Source of the DNA: an uncultured delta proteobacterium
GTDB lineage: Bacteria > Myxococcota > Kuafuiibacteriia > Kuafuiibacteriales > Kuafuiibacteriaceae
Direction: 5' to 3'
Length of the DNA: 64,000 bases
Assembly: GCA_963803435.1 (NCBI GenBank)
Contig: CAWDML010000004.1
Location: 192,001-256,000 of the forward strand
Both the position numbers and the translations under genes were made by a program. Under the pieces are notes generated by a model. That model searched no databases. It was not told where the DNA came from and saw nothing but the letters and a program-made list of their open reading frames with translations. The stretch's first letter is position 1; each line of letters starts with the position of its first letter. This document shows positions 32,839 through 42,306 of the stretch, piece by piece.

Positions 32839-33795
32839 ATGGTCACCGCGACCGCCTGTGCGAACATCGCTCTGATCAAGTACTGGGGAAAGCGGGAGGT
32901 GCGGGAGAACATCCCCGCCGCCGGATCGATCTCGCTGACGCTGGACGCGCTCCGGACCGTCACGAGGGTCGAGCTGACCCAGGGCTCCGATCGCCTGACG
33001 CTGGACGGGCGCCCCGTCGAGGGGAAGGCGCTGGCGCGGATCACGCGCTTCGCCGATCGGGTTCGGTCTGCCGCCGGGCGGCAGGATCGCGTCGCCGTCG
33101 ACAGCACGAACACGTTCCCGACCGCGGCCGGCCTGGCCTCGAGCGCATCAGCCTTTGCGGCCCTGGCGCTGGCCGTGACGCGGGCGTTCGGCCAGGATCT
33201 CTCTCCGGAGGCGCTCTCGATCCTGGCGCGCCAGGGCTCCGGGAGCGCGGCCCGCTCGATCTTCGGCGGCTACGTCCGGATGACCGACGGAGACGACGCG
33301 CACGCCTATCCGCTCGAGGGGATCGCGCTCGAGCTGGGGGCCGCGATCGCGGTGGCGCGGGCCTCGGAGAAGGAGATCGGCTCGACGGACGGCATGGAGC
33401 ACACGCGGCTGACCAGCCCGTACCACCAGGCGTGGATCGACACGGTGAACCGCGACCTGGATGCCGGTGAGGCGGCGCTCCGCGCCGGAGCGATCGATCG
33501 GCTGGCCGAGCTGGTCGAGGGCAATTGCCTGGCGATGCACGCCAACGCGATGGCCGCTCGACCGGGCATCCTGTACTTCAAGGCGCCGACGCTGTGGGCG
33601 ATCGACCAGGTGCGGCGGATGCGCGCCGAGGGGACGCCGGTGTTCTTCACGATCGACGCTGGCCCGCACGTGGTGGCGTTCGCGCCGCCCGCGCACCTCG
33701 AGGCCGTCGCGGCGCGGCTCGCGAAGCACCCGGAGATCGCCGAAGTGATCACCTCCCGGCCGGGTGAAGGTGCACGGGTGGAGGCGCGGCCGTGA
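32839..33795 (+). CDS. mvaD: Diphosphomevalonate decarboxylase
   Basis: NIALIKYWGK, PTAAGLASSAS, ARQGSGSAARS, FTIDAGP. Confidence 0.95.
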   Translation: MVTATACANIALIKYWGKREVRENIPAAGSISLTLDALRTVTRVELTQGSDRLTLDGRPVEGKALARITRFADRVRSAAGRQDRVAVDSTNTFPTAAGLASSASAFAALALAVTRAFGQDLSPEALSILARQGSGSAARSIFGGYVRMTDGDDAHAYPLEGIALELGAAIAVARASEKEIGSTDGMEHTRLTSPYHQAWIDTVNRDLDAGEAALRAGAIDRLAELVEGNCLAMHANAMAARPGILYFKAPTLWAIDQVRRMRAEGTPVFFTIDAGPHVVAFAPPAHLEAVAARLAKHPEIAEVITSRPGEGARVEARP

Positions 33796-34664
33796 TCGTC
33801 TCCGCGCCCGGGAAGGTCATGCTCCTAGGGGACTACGGCGTGCTCGAGGGCGGACGTGCGATCGTGGCGGCCGTGAACCGGCGCGCGATCGGGCGGGTCG
33901 TGCCGGAGGGACGAAGCTCGCCGGTCGTCGAGGCGGTCCTCGCGCGGGCGCGCCGGACCGAGCTGCAGGTCGAGATCGATACCAGCTCGTTCTACGACGG
34001 TGAGCTCAAGCTGGGGCTCGGCTCGTCGTCGGCGGTCTCGGTGGTGACGGCGGCGCTGGCCACCGGACGCGGCGATCAGCGCACGCTCTCGATCGCGATC
34101 GAGGGCCACCGTGACGCCAACGAGGGTCGCGGCAGCGGTGTCGACGTGGCCGCCTCCTTTCACGGCGGTGTCATCGCGACGCGACGTCAGCCGGCGGACG
34201 TGGTCGTGCTGCCGGCGCGCCTCCCCGGGCTTCATCTGTCCGTGCTGTTCACCGAGCGGAGCGCTTCGACCAAGGATCTGGTGGCCGCCTGCACCGCGTC
34301 GCGCGACTGGCTCCGCTGGGCGAACGTGCTTCGCGAGCTCACCGAGCGCGGGATCGAGGCCTGGATACAGAAGGACAGCGCGCGGTTCCTCCCGCTGGTG
34401 GCCGAGTATGCGTTGGCGATGGCCGCTCTCGGGGAGAGCGCCGGGGTTTCAATCATGACCGAGGAGCTGGACGCGATCGTGCGTCTGGCCTCGGAGGCCG
34501 GCGGTGCGGCCAAGCCGAGCGGCGCGGGCGGCGGCGACATCGCGGTGCTGTGGGCCCGAGATCCGGAGATCGCGGAGCGTGTGGCGGAAAAGACGGGCCT
34601 GGTGCGGCTCGATCTCGAGATCGATCCGCACGGGCTTCGCCTGCAATCACTGCGGAGCGCTTGA
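33792..34664 (+). CDS. GHMP kinase, probably phosphomevalonate kinase
   Basis: SAPGKVMLLGDY, KLGLGSSSA, GSGVDVAAS, KPSGAGGGD; coupled to mvaD. Confidence 0.85.
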   Translation: MIVSAPGKVMLLGDYGVLEGGRAIVAAVNRRAIGRVVPEGRSSPVVEAVLARARRTELQVEIDTSSFYDGELKLGLGSSSAVSVVTAALATGRGDQRTLSIAIEGHRDANEGRGSGVDVAASFHGGVIATRRQPADVVVLPARLPGLHLSVLFTERSASTKDLVAACTASRDWLRWANVLRELTERGIEAWIQKDSARFLPLVAEYALAMAALGESAGVSIMTEELDAIVRLASEAGGAAKPSGAGGGDIAVLWARDPEIAERVAEKTGLVRLDLEIDPHGLRLQSLRSA

Positions 34665-34696
34665 CCCTCTGCCGATCGGGCCATACCTACCATCCG

Positions 34697-35272
34697 ATGC
34701 GGAGAGTCACCGTGCTGGCCGTGCTGCTCCTGGCGGGCTGTGGCGTCCAGTCGATCCCGAAGGCGCACAACGACGTCGAGGCCTCCTGGGCCGAGGTTCA
34801 GAACCAATACAAGCGCCGCGCGGACCTGGTCCCGAACCTGGTCAACGTCGTCAAGGGCTACGCGGCCCACGAGAAGGAGACGCTCGAAGGCGTCACGGAA
34901 GCCCGCGCGAAGGCGACCCAGACCAACATCAACGTCGATCAGCTCGATCCCAAGTCGCTGGAGAACTGGCAGCACGCCCAGGGCGAGCTGTCCGCTGCGA
35001 TGGGCCGGCTGATGGTGGTGGCTGAACGCTACCCGGAGCTGAAGGCCAACGAGAACTTCCGCGACCTCTCGGCACAGCTCGAGGGCACCGAGAATCGCAT
35101 CGCGATCGCCCGCCGCCGGTACATCGAGTCGGTGCGCGACTTCAACAATCTGATCTCCGTCCCGCCCACGTCGCTGACCAACGCGATGTTCTATCACTAC
35201 ACCGAGCGACCTCAGTTCCAGGTCGAGGACATCAAGGCCGCCGAGAAGCCCCCCGAGGTCTCGTTCGACTGA
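34697..35272 (+). CDS. lemA: LemA family protein
   Basis: QYKRRADLVPNLV, YAAHEKETL, YPELKANENF, LEGTENRI. Confidence 0.95.
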   Translation: MRRVTVLAVLLLAGCGVQSIPKAHNDVEASWAEVQNQYKRRADLVPNLVNVVKGYAAHEKETLEGVTEARAKATQTNINVDQLDPKSLENWQHAQGELSAAMGRLMVVAERYPELKANENFRDLSAQLEGTENRIAIARRRYIESVRDFNNLISVPPTSLTNAMFYHYTERPQFQVEDIKAAEKPPEVSFD

Positions 35273-36012
35273 TGGGGGGCGCCATGCACGCTCTTGTCCT
35301 CCCTCTGCTCCTGGCGGGCGCCCCCGGGCAGGACCTCTCGATCCCGCCCTTGACGGGGCCCGTGGTGGACCGGGCCGGGCTCCTGGGGCAGCGCGACGCG
35401 GCCCTGATCGCGGGCGGTCTTCGGGACTACCGCCAGCGCACCGGCAATCAGCTGCAGGTGCTGATCATCCCCTCGCTGCCCGAGGGCATGCCGGTGGAGG
35501 ACTACTCGATCCGCGTGGTCGAGCAGTGGAAGCTGGGGTCCGCGGAGAAGGACAACGGGGTCCTGCTCCTGGTCTCGGTGCAGGACCGCAAGTGGCGCAT
35601 CGAGGTCGGCGGCGGGCTCGAGGGTGACCTCACCGACGTGGCGGCGTCGCGGATCGGCCGCGGGATCCTGGTCCCTGCGCTCCAGCGTGGAGACTATGCA
35701 AGCGGGATTGCAGGAACGCTCCAGGCGATCGCGCAGCAGCTCGGAGGCGACCTCTCCTTTCAGGGCCTTCCGATGGCCCGCCGCTCGCGGCGCGGCAATC
35801 CGCTAGGCGCGCTCCCGGTGCTGATCTTCGTGATCCTCATGATGATCCTCGGCCGCCGTCGAGGCTTTGGCTTCCTCGGCTGGATGCTGCTCGGCAGCGC
35901 GATGGGCCGGGGCTCTCGAGGCTCGTGGGGCGGCGGCGGTGGCGGCGGCGGTGGCAGCTGGGGCGGCGGCGGTGGCGGATTCTCCGGCGGTGGCGCTGGA
36001 GGAGGGTGGTGA
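35272..36012 (+). CDS. TPM-domain protein (YgcG-like) with Gly-rich tail
   Basis: GPVVDRAGLL, WKLGSAEKDNGVLLLV, IEVGGGLEG, C-terminal GGGGFSGGGAGGGW. Confidence 0.92.
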   Translation: MGGAMHALVLPLLLAGAPGQDLSIPPLTGPVVDRAGLLGQRDAALIAGGLRDYRQRTGNQLQVLIIPSLPEGMPVEDYSIRVVEQWKLGSAEKDNGVLLLVSVQDRKWRIEVGGGLEGDLTDVAASRIGRGILVPALQRGDYASGIAGTLQAIAQQLGGDLSFQGLPMARRSRRGNPLGALPVLIFVILMMILGRRRGFGFLGWMLLGSAMGRGSRGSWGGGGGGGGGSWGGGGGGFSGGGAGGGW

Positions 36013-36636
36013 TGAGACCCGTCCTGAGCGACGCGGAGAAGTCGCGGATCACCGAAGCGGTGGTCGAGGCCGAGAAGCGCACCAGCGGTGAGATTGTGCC
36101 GATGGTCGTGCGCGCCTCCGACGATTACGCGGGCGCGCGATGGCGCCTGGCGGTGGCCTTCATGCTGGTCGTCGACCTCGCGTTCGATCTCCGCCTGGCC
36201 CGGGCTTCAGCCCATCCACTTGCTCCTCGCGGCCATCCCGCTGCTCGGGCTCGGCCATCTCCTGGCGGTGTGGCCCCCGATGCTGCGGCTGGCGCTCGGC
36301 AAGGGCGAGGCGGCCCTCGAGGTCCGACAGCAGGCCTGCGAGGCGTTCGTGGATCTCGACGTGCACGCCACGCGCGAGCGCACGGGGGTCCTGATCCTGG
36401 TCAGCCTGATGGAGCGTCGAATCGAGATCCTGGCGGACCTCGGTATCCACGCCCACGCGCCGGAGGGCTACTGGGATCAGGTCGTCGCCGAGCTCTCCAA
36501 GCGCATCGCCGCCGGCGACCTCGCAGGAGGGCTTGCAGACGCGGTGCGGCAGGTCGGCGGTCTCCTCGCGGGCCAGTTCCCCGCCGGTCCGAACGACCTC
36601 AACGAGCTTCCGGACGAGGTCCTGGTGCGCGACTGA
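36012..36636 (+). CDS. TPM-domain membrane protein; frameshift at ~36191
   Basis: AEKRTSGEIV in one frame; TRERTGVLILVS, ILADLGI, NELPD in the next; usual third gene of lemA operons. Confidence 0.85.
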
Positions 36637-36657
36637 CGCCGCGTGTAGATCGGGCCG

Positions 36658-37167
36658 ATGGCCCGCATCGAACCGCTCTCGCTCGAGGACACCGAACGCC
36701 ACTGGCAGGCGCACTACGGGCGCGTCACCAACATGAAGCGAACGCTGGCTCACGTGCCGGGGGCGCTCCACGCGTACATGGAGTGGTACCCGCTGCGCGA
36801 TCGAGCGGCCGGGTTCCTCGGCGAGCGCGCGACCAACATCTACGTGCATGCGATCTCGAGCGCGACCGACTGTCTGATCTGCTCCACGTTCTTCCGGCGG
36901 CTCCTGATCGATGCCGGTGAGGATCCCGATCAGCTCGTCCTCGACGAGAGGGAGGAGCTCCTGGTCGCGCTGGCCCGCGCGCTCACCGCCGGCGTGCACC
37001 GGATCCCCGGGCCGCTCTACGCGCGCCTGGGACAGCTCTTCTCCCCGGAGCAGCTCGTCCATCTGATCGCCTTTGGAGGCCTGATGATCGCGACCAACGT
37101 GTTCAACAACGCGCTCGAGGTGGACCTGGACGACGACCTCCAGCCCTACCGGAAGGAGCCCGCATGA
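36658..37167 (+). CDS. Carboxymuconolactone decarboxylase/AhpD-like protein
   Basis: TLAHVP.AL, ISSATDCLICS (CxxC), N.FNNALEVDLD. Confidence 0.75.
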   Translation: MARIEPLSLEDTERHWQAHYGRVTNMKRTLAHVPGALHAYMEWYPLRDRAAGFLGERATNIYVHAISSATDCLICSTFFRRLLIDAGEDPDQLVLDEREELLVALARALTAGVHRIPGPLYARLGQLFSPEQLVHLIAFGGLMIATNVFNNALEVDLDDDLQPYRKEPA

Positions 37168-37970
37168 CCCGGGAGCACGAGGGCAAGACCGTCTTCATCA
37201 CCGGCGCAGCGTCGGGACAGGGGCGCGCCGTGGCGCTGGCGTTCGCCCGGCAGGGTGCCCGGGTGGCGGCGATCGACGTCGCGCGGCGCTTGCCGTACCC
37301 GGGCTACGACTCCGGCAGCGCCGACAAGCTCGAGAGCCTCGCCGAGGCGTGCCGTCGCGAAGGCGTCGAGGTGGTGGCCAGGGCGGCCGACGTGCGCGAC
37401 GACGCCGAGATCTCCCGCGCCGTCGAGGAGACGGTCGAGAAGCTCGGCGGGATCGACGTGCTCTTCAACAACGCCGGGATTGCCGCGTACGCCTCGCTCA
37501 CCGAGATGAGCGAGGAGGCGTGGGACTCGATGATCGACATCAACCTGAAGGGCGCCTTCATGGTCACGAGAAGAGTGGCGCCGGTGATGATCGCGCAGAA
37601 GCGCGGCGTCATCATCAACAACTCCTCGATCGGCGGCCTGCGCGGGATGGCGCGGATGAGCCACTACTCGGCGTCGAAGTTCGGCATGGTCGGGCTCACC
37701 AAGAGCTGGGCGATCGAGCTGGCGCCGCACGGGATCCGCGTGGTGTCGATCCATCCGACGGGCGTCAACACTGCGATGAACGATGGGCTGGCCGCGCTCG
37801 AAGGCGCGACGCCCCAGGAGATCGCCGAGCGCTCCGCGGGGAACCTGCTGCCGGTCCCGTGGATCGAGGCCGACGACGTCGCGGAGTCGGTGCTGTTCCT
37901 CGCCTCGGATCGCGCGCGCTTCGTGACCGGATCGCAGTTCGTGCTGGACGCCGGGCTGCTCACTCGTTGA
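37164..37970 (+). CDS. SDR oxidoreductase resembling the mycofactocin-coupled subfamily
   Basis: TGAASGQGR, insert after the cofactor Asp (DVARRLPYPGYDSGSADKL), YSASK, IHPTGVNT.M, NLLPVPWIE. Confidence 0.85.
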   Translation: MTREHEGKTVFITGAASGQGRAVALAFARQGARVAAIDVARRLPYPGYDSGSADKLESLAEACRREGVEVVARAADVRDDAEISRAVEETVEKLGGIDVLFNNAGIAAYASLTEMSEEAWDSMIDINLKGAFMVTRRVAPVMIAQKRGVIINNSSIGGLRGMARMSHYSASKFGMVGLTKSWAIELAPHGIRVVSIHPTGVNTAMNDGLAALEGATPQEIAERSAGNLLPVPWIEADDVAESVLFLASDRARFVTGSQFVLDAGLLTR

Positions 37971-38178
37971 GCGCGCGCTCGAGCCTGCCCAGGTCGTTCT
38001 CGTGGTGGCTGACCGATGTCACGCCCAAGCTCGATGGCCCAAGACGGCCCGATCAGGATCGACGCGCTCACCGGTGGAGACCACTCCCCAAGCTCGAACC
38101 ACTATCGTGGCCTGATCTGGACTTCTGAGATCACGTTCTTCTTTGCCCACGCCCACAGCCGGCGAGCGCATCACAGGG

Positions 38179-39159
38179 TCAAGAACGCGAGACCGCGCGC
38201 AGAAACTCGGCCCAGCGATCGGCGATGACCGGATACGTGTACCCGACCTCGACATCGCGGCGCCCGGCCCTCCCCAGCGCGGCGCGGAGCTCGCTCGAGG
38301 CCGCGAGCCGGGACAGCGCTTCGATCCAGTCCTCGGTCCGCTCAGCCAGCAAGCCGTTGACGCCGGGACGGATCACCTCGTTGTTCATGCCGACCGGAGA
38401 GGCGACGCACGGCACCGAAGCGGCGAGGTACTGGAGGAGCTTGTAGCTGCACTTGCCGCGGGTGAAGGGGGACTCGGTGTCGAGGGGCATCACGCCGACG
38501 TCGAGCCGGGCCACCTCCGCGTCCTGCGTCTCGAGCGACCAGGGGACGTGCTCCACCGCGAAGGCCGACGAGGCGGGGTACGGCGCGTTGGAGATGACGG
38601 CGAGGACGAACGGGATCCGCTCGGCCAGCGCAGTCAGCGCGGGCCTGAGCGCGTCGAGCGTTCCGAGGTTCCGTCCCATCCCGACCCATCCGATCCGGAG
38701 GCAGTCGACGTCGCGATGCTTCCGGCGGGGCACCTCGTGAGGCACCGGCGAGGGCGCGATGATGACGCGATCGTGCGGCGCGAACGAGGCGAGGTAGCGG
38801 TTGCCGGCGATCAGTCCGCGGCTCATGCCAGCGATTCTATTGAAACGAACACGCCGGGCTCGCGACTCGTAGCTGCCGTTCTTGGGACGGTCGCGGAACA
38901 TGATCGCGTCGTCGTAGTCGAAGACGAGGCGGGCGCCGGCGAAGATCCGGGCGTCGAGCATCGTGGGCAGCTTCTTCTGGAGGACCACCACGTCGGCGGC
39001 CCGGCCGCGGCGGCGGAGCTTCAGCTTGGCGGCCAGGGTCTCGGGCCACCGCTCGAGCTCGCAGGCGATCCCGCGCTCTTCGAGGTACGGCGCCAGCTGC
39101 AGGATCCGGATGCGCGCGGAGGGCAGCTCGGGATCGCGATGGACGAGGAGTGCCTTCAA
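38179..39159 (-). CDS. Glycosyltransferase, GT-B fold (family 4-like)
   Basis: PSARIR..Q, FDYDDAI, IGWVG, DVGVMPL, GKCSYKLLQY, ASPVGMN. Confidence 0.9.
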   Translation of the reverse strand: MKALLVHRDPELPSARIRILQLAPYLEERGIACELERWPETLAAKLKLRRRGRAADVVVLQKKLPTMLDARIFAGARLVFDYDDAIMFRDRPKNGSYESRARRVRFNRIAGMSRGLIAGNRYLASFAPHDRVIIAPSPVPHEVPRRKHRDVDCLRIGWVGMGRNLGTLDALRPALTALAERIPFVLAVISNAPYPASSAFAVEHVPWSLETQDAEVARLDVGVMPLDTESPFTRGKCSYKLLQYLAASVPCVASPVGMNNEVIRPGVNGLLAERTEDWIEALSRLAASSELRAALGRAGRRDVEVGYTYPVIADRWAEFLRAVSRS

Positions 39160-39183
39160 GGGAGCTCGGAGACCGAGCGGATT

Positions 39184-39384
39184 CTATGAGACGCACCCGG
39201 ACAGGGCGAGGGCGACCGCAAGGGCGAAGCCACCGAACAGCGCCACCGCGATGACCGGCGGCATCGCCGTCTCCGATCTCGGAGCCTGGGCGGCTTGCTC
39301 GAGCTGGCGCGCGAGCTCATCCTCCAGCGTCTCACCGCTTTGCTCGGCAAACGGGATGTCGAGCGAGAAGTCGTACTGTTTCAT
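39184..39384 (-). CDS. Small membrane protein (66 aa)
   Basis: GGAGAG RBS 6 nt before the ATG, acidic N-terminus, single C-terminal hydrophobic helix. Confidence 0.5.
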   Translation of the reverse strand: MKQYDFSLDIPFAEQSGETLEDELARQLEQAAQAPRSETAMPPVIAVALFGGFALAVALALSGCVS

Positions 39385-39434
39385 GCTGGCTCTCCAGCGA
39401 TGGAATCGACCGATCGGGGATCGGTTGAGGGCCG

Positions 39435-39463
39435 TTGCAAGGTGACCCTCCGATCCCTATACT
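39435..39463 (+). promoter_or_regulatory. Sigma70-type promoter of imuB
   Basis: TTGCAA (39435-40), 17-bp spacer, TATACT (39458-63); ends 10 bp before the ATG at 39474. Confidence 0.65.
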
Positions 39464-39477
39464 GAACAACTGTATGG
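39461..39477. promoter_or_regulatory. Putative LexA (SOS) box at imuB
   Basis: Reverse complement CCATACAGTTGTTCAGT matches 14/17 positions of the Myxococcus xanthus LexA consensus CTRHAMRYBYGTTCAGS as I recall it; overlaps the -10 and the start codon. Confidence 0.6.
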
Positions 39478-41292
39478 TGGTCGGGAATCGCATCGCGTGC
39501 GTCCACCTGCATGCCCTCCTGCTGGAGCCGCTCCTGGAGGGCCCCCCGAAGCTCTCGGCGGTCCGCTCAGAGATCCGCGGGCGCAGGGTGCTGGTCGCGG
39601 TCTCGGAGGCCGCGCGGGCCCACCGGATCCACGAAGGCATGACCGAGACCGAGGCTCGAGCGCGCGCTCCGAAGCTCGAGGTGCGCGAGCACGACCCGGC
39701 GAAGGATTTCACGCGACTGTGCGCCGCGGCCGAGCTCCTCCTCGCGTTCGGCCCGGTGGTGGAGGTCTGCCCGCCCAGCTTCCTGATGGTGGAGATCGGG
39801 CGGAGCAAGTCGGCGCTGGCCAAGAAGCTGGCGAACGCGGACGAGCAGACGATCGGTGCGGCGATCGTCCGCACGCTCGCGAAGTTCGGTCACCAGAGCC
39901 GCGTGGTGGTGGCGAAGGATCCGGACACCGGCCGTTCGATCCTGGAGCACCTCGATCGGGCCGCCAAGAAGGCCCCGAAGAAGACACGCGCCAGGTCGGA
40001 GGTGGTGATCGTCCCGGCGGGCGAAGAGCGCCGCCTGCTGGCGCGCCTCCCGGTGTCGGCGCTGCTCTGGACCGATCTCCGCGGCGATCCCGAGGGGAAG
40101 AAGCGCGAGGCGCTGCTCTCTGCGCATGCGTCGCTGTCGATGCTCGGGATCGACGTGGTGGCGCGGCTCCAGACGCTCCCTCCGGCGCAGGTGGGCAGTC
40201 GATTCGGCGATGCCGGCGCGCTCCTGATGCAGCGGGCCAAGGCGGAGCGCGATCGTCCGCTCGAGGCCTTCATCCCCCCCGAGCGCCTGGTGGCGGAGAT
40301 CGAGCTCGATCGGGAGACCGACGATCTCGAGCCGATCCTCTTCCTCCTGAAGCGCCTGTTCGATCAGCTGGAGGCGCGGCTCGACGCGCGCGCGCTCTCG
40401 GCCACCGCGCTCGATCTGACGTTCCTGGTGGAGCCGGGGCTCGAGCACGAGATCGAAGACCGGGAGCTCCGGGCCGCCTCGTCGAAGAAGGTGGAGCGGA
40501 TCCCAATCCGCTTCGCCCGCGCCACCCGGCGGGCGGGCACCATGCTCAAGATCGCCAAGGAGAAGCTGGCCGGCGCTCTCCCCGGGAAGGTGCGCGCGAT
40601 CAGGGTCGAGGCCAGCTCGCCGGAGAAGGATCGGGGCGCCCAGCTCGATCTCTTCACCAGCTCGGCGCGGCGGGTGGAGGAGGTGGGCGAGCTGGTCGGC
40701 CGGCTGATCGCCGCGCTCGGCGAGCAGTCCGTATTCTCGCCCGAGAATCCGGGACACGCACCGCCCCGAGCGCGCCTGGGGTCCCCACCCGTTCGAGATC
40801 GAGCACGCGTTCCACGAGTTGCCGGCCCTCCGTCCCAAGCGGGAGCACTCGGCCGCCGGACCGGCCCAGCCCGTCGCTGCGGCGCCGGCGTCGCGAGTCT
40901 CGCTCCCGAAGCTCACGGACGGGTTCAGAGTGACGGGACGTACGGGCGAGACGGGCACCCCGTCTGTGCAAGCTGGCTTGCCGTGGCCGAAGCCCGTCCC
41001 ACGCAGGCCGGAGGACGAGCCCGTCCCGGCGCTTCCACCGCGCCCGCTCGAGCTCCTCGCCACGCCCGAGCCCGCCTCGATCGCGCGCGAATCCCCCGCC
41101 GGCGTGCTCCGCTGGCGCGGACAGCGTCTCCCTTTGGCGTCCGTCAGCGGTACGGAGCGCCTCGAGTGTGAGTGGTGGTCACCATCTCCGCTCGCGCGGG
41201 ATTACGTGGTTGCCGAAGGCACCGACGGCCGCCGCTATTGGTTGTATTACGAACCGGACGGTCGCCTGTTCGTGCACGGAATCTTCGACTGA
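39474..41292 (+). CDS. imuB: ImuB, inactive Y-family polymerase; frameshift at ~40746
   Basis: IACVHL, VSEAARAHRIHEGM, FGPVVE, LFLLKRL, QLDLF clamp motif, DTHRPE (after correction), PRPLELL, ERLECEWW..RDY..GR.YWL..HGIFD. Confidence 0.9.
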
Positions 41293-41332
41293 CGCTTTGA
41301 CTCGGATTCTTTTTGCCTTTACCAAGGGGTCC

Positions 41333-41782
41333 GTGGAGAAGAAGTGGGTCATCCCGCTCGCCGCAACGGCGCCCATTCTCGCGATCATCTTCGCGTTCTC
41401 GCTCGGTCCCTCTCCTCACAAGGTCCTGCAGGACTTCAAGTCCCAGCGCACCGACGAGTCCGCCCTGCTGGACGCGGATCCGACCGAGCTGGCCCCCCTC
41501 GTGATCACCGAGGTCGCCAACCGCAAGATGCCTCGCCGCCGTCACGCGATCGCGTACCTCGGTCGGATCAAGAGCCGGCCCGCGCTCCCGGTGCTCGAGG
41601 CGATCCTCACCGACGAGAGCGAAGAGGGCGCGCTCCGGGCCGTCGCGCTGGAAGCGATCGGGCACATCGATCGCCCCCGCGCTCAGCACCACGCCATGAC
41701 CTACCGCGGCTCGCCAGACGCGCTCGGCCGTCTCGCTCGCGAGCTCCTGGCCGACAAGCCCGACGTGGTCGGCGTTCGATAG
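41333..41782 (+). CDS. Membrane-anchored HEAT-repeat protein
   Basis: N-terminal TM, AIAYLGRIK..ALPVLEAIL..LRAVALEAIGHI; TTGACT-17-TACCAA lies just upstream. Confidence 0.65.
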   Translation: MEKKWVIPLAATAPILAIIFAFSLGPSPHKVLQDFKSQRTDESALLDADPTELAPLVITEVANRKMPRRRHAIAYLGRIKSRPALPVLEAILTDESEEGALRAVALEAIGHIDRPRAQHHAMTYRGSPDALGRLARELLADKPDVVGVR

Positions 41783-41785
41783 GGG

Positions 41786-42265
41786 TCAGTTCGCGCCGTC
41801 GGCGATCCAGCGGCGCACCGACTCCACGGTGCAGTCGGAGAGCGCCTCGGAGTCCCTGGGCATGCGATCGCCGATCAATGGCGTCTTCACCGCGACCTTG
41901 AGATACAGGTAGGACGATCCGATCGCCCCCGGCATCACCAGCGGCAGCCCGGACGGCGACTCGGACGCCGGTTGCAGCAAGCGCATCCGGAGCGCGGCCT
42001 CGTCGAGGGTGAGATCCAGATCCTGCGCGGGCGTCGAACCCGCGTGACACTGTCCGCACACGGGCACGAACAGGTCGGCGCGGAGCGAGGTGAGCGCCGG
42101 CGTGATGCAGGTCGGCTTGCTCTCCTCCATCTCCACCGGATCCTGGCGATGATCGTTGGTGGTGGCGGCGGAGGGATCGTCGGCGCGGAGCTCGCCGTCG
42201 ATCGTCCCGGCGGGGCCGCACCCGAGGCACGTGCACACCGCCATGGTCCAAAGGGACACGCGCAC
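41786..42265 (-). CDS. Lipoprotein with a single CxxCH c-type haem motif
   Basis: Lipobox CLGC, LFVPVCGQCH, V.PG..SYLYLKV, RMP, WIADGA. Confidence 0.75.
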   Translation of the reverse strand: MRVSLWTMAVCTCLGCGPAGTIDGELRADDPSAATTNDHRQDPVEMEESKPTCITPALTSLRADLFVPVCGQCHAGSTPAQDLDLTLDEAALRMRLLQPASESPSGLPLVMPGAIGSSYLYLKVAVKTPLIGDRMPRDSEALSDCTVESVRRWIADGAN

Positions 42266-42306
42266 GGGAACGTTATCGGCCGGCGCTCCGGCCCCGATGC
42301 TCGCAA

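Noticed and set aside
32839-34664. Mevalonate-pathway genes in a Gram-negative bacterium
   Set aside because: Established for myxobacteria; not novel.
35925-36009. GGC-rich low-complexity run
   Set aside because: Ordinary Gly-rich tail of TPM/YgcG proteins.
37971-38178. 208-bp gap between convergent genes with a repeated CCCAAGCTCGA
   Set aside because: Only two 11-bp copies, with no convincing ORF, RNA fold or CRISPR periodicity.
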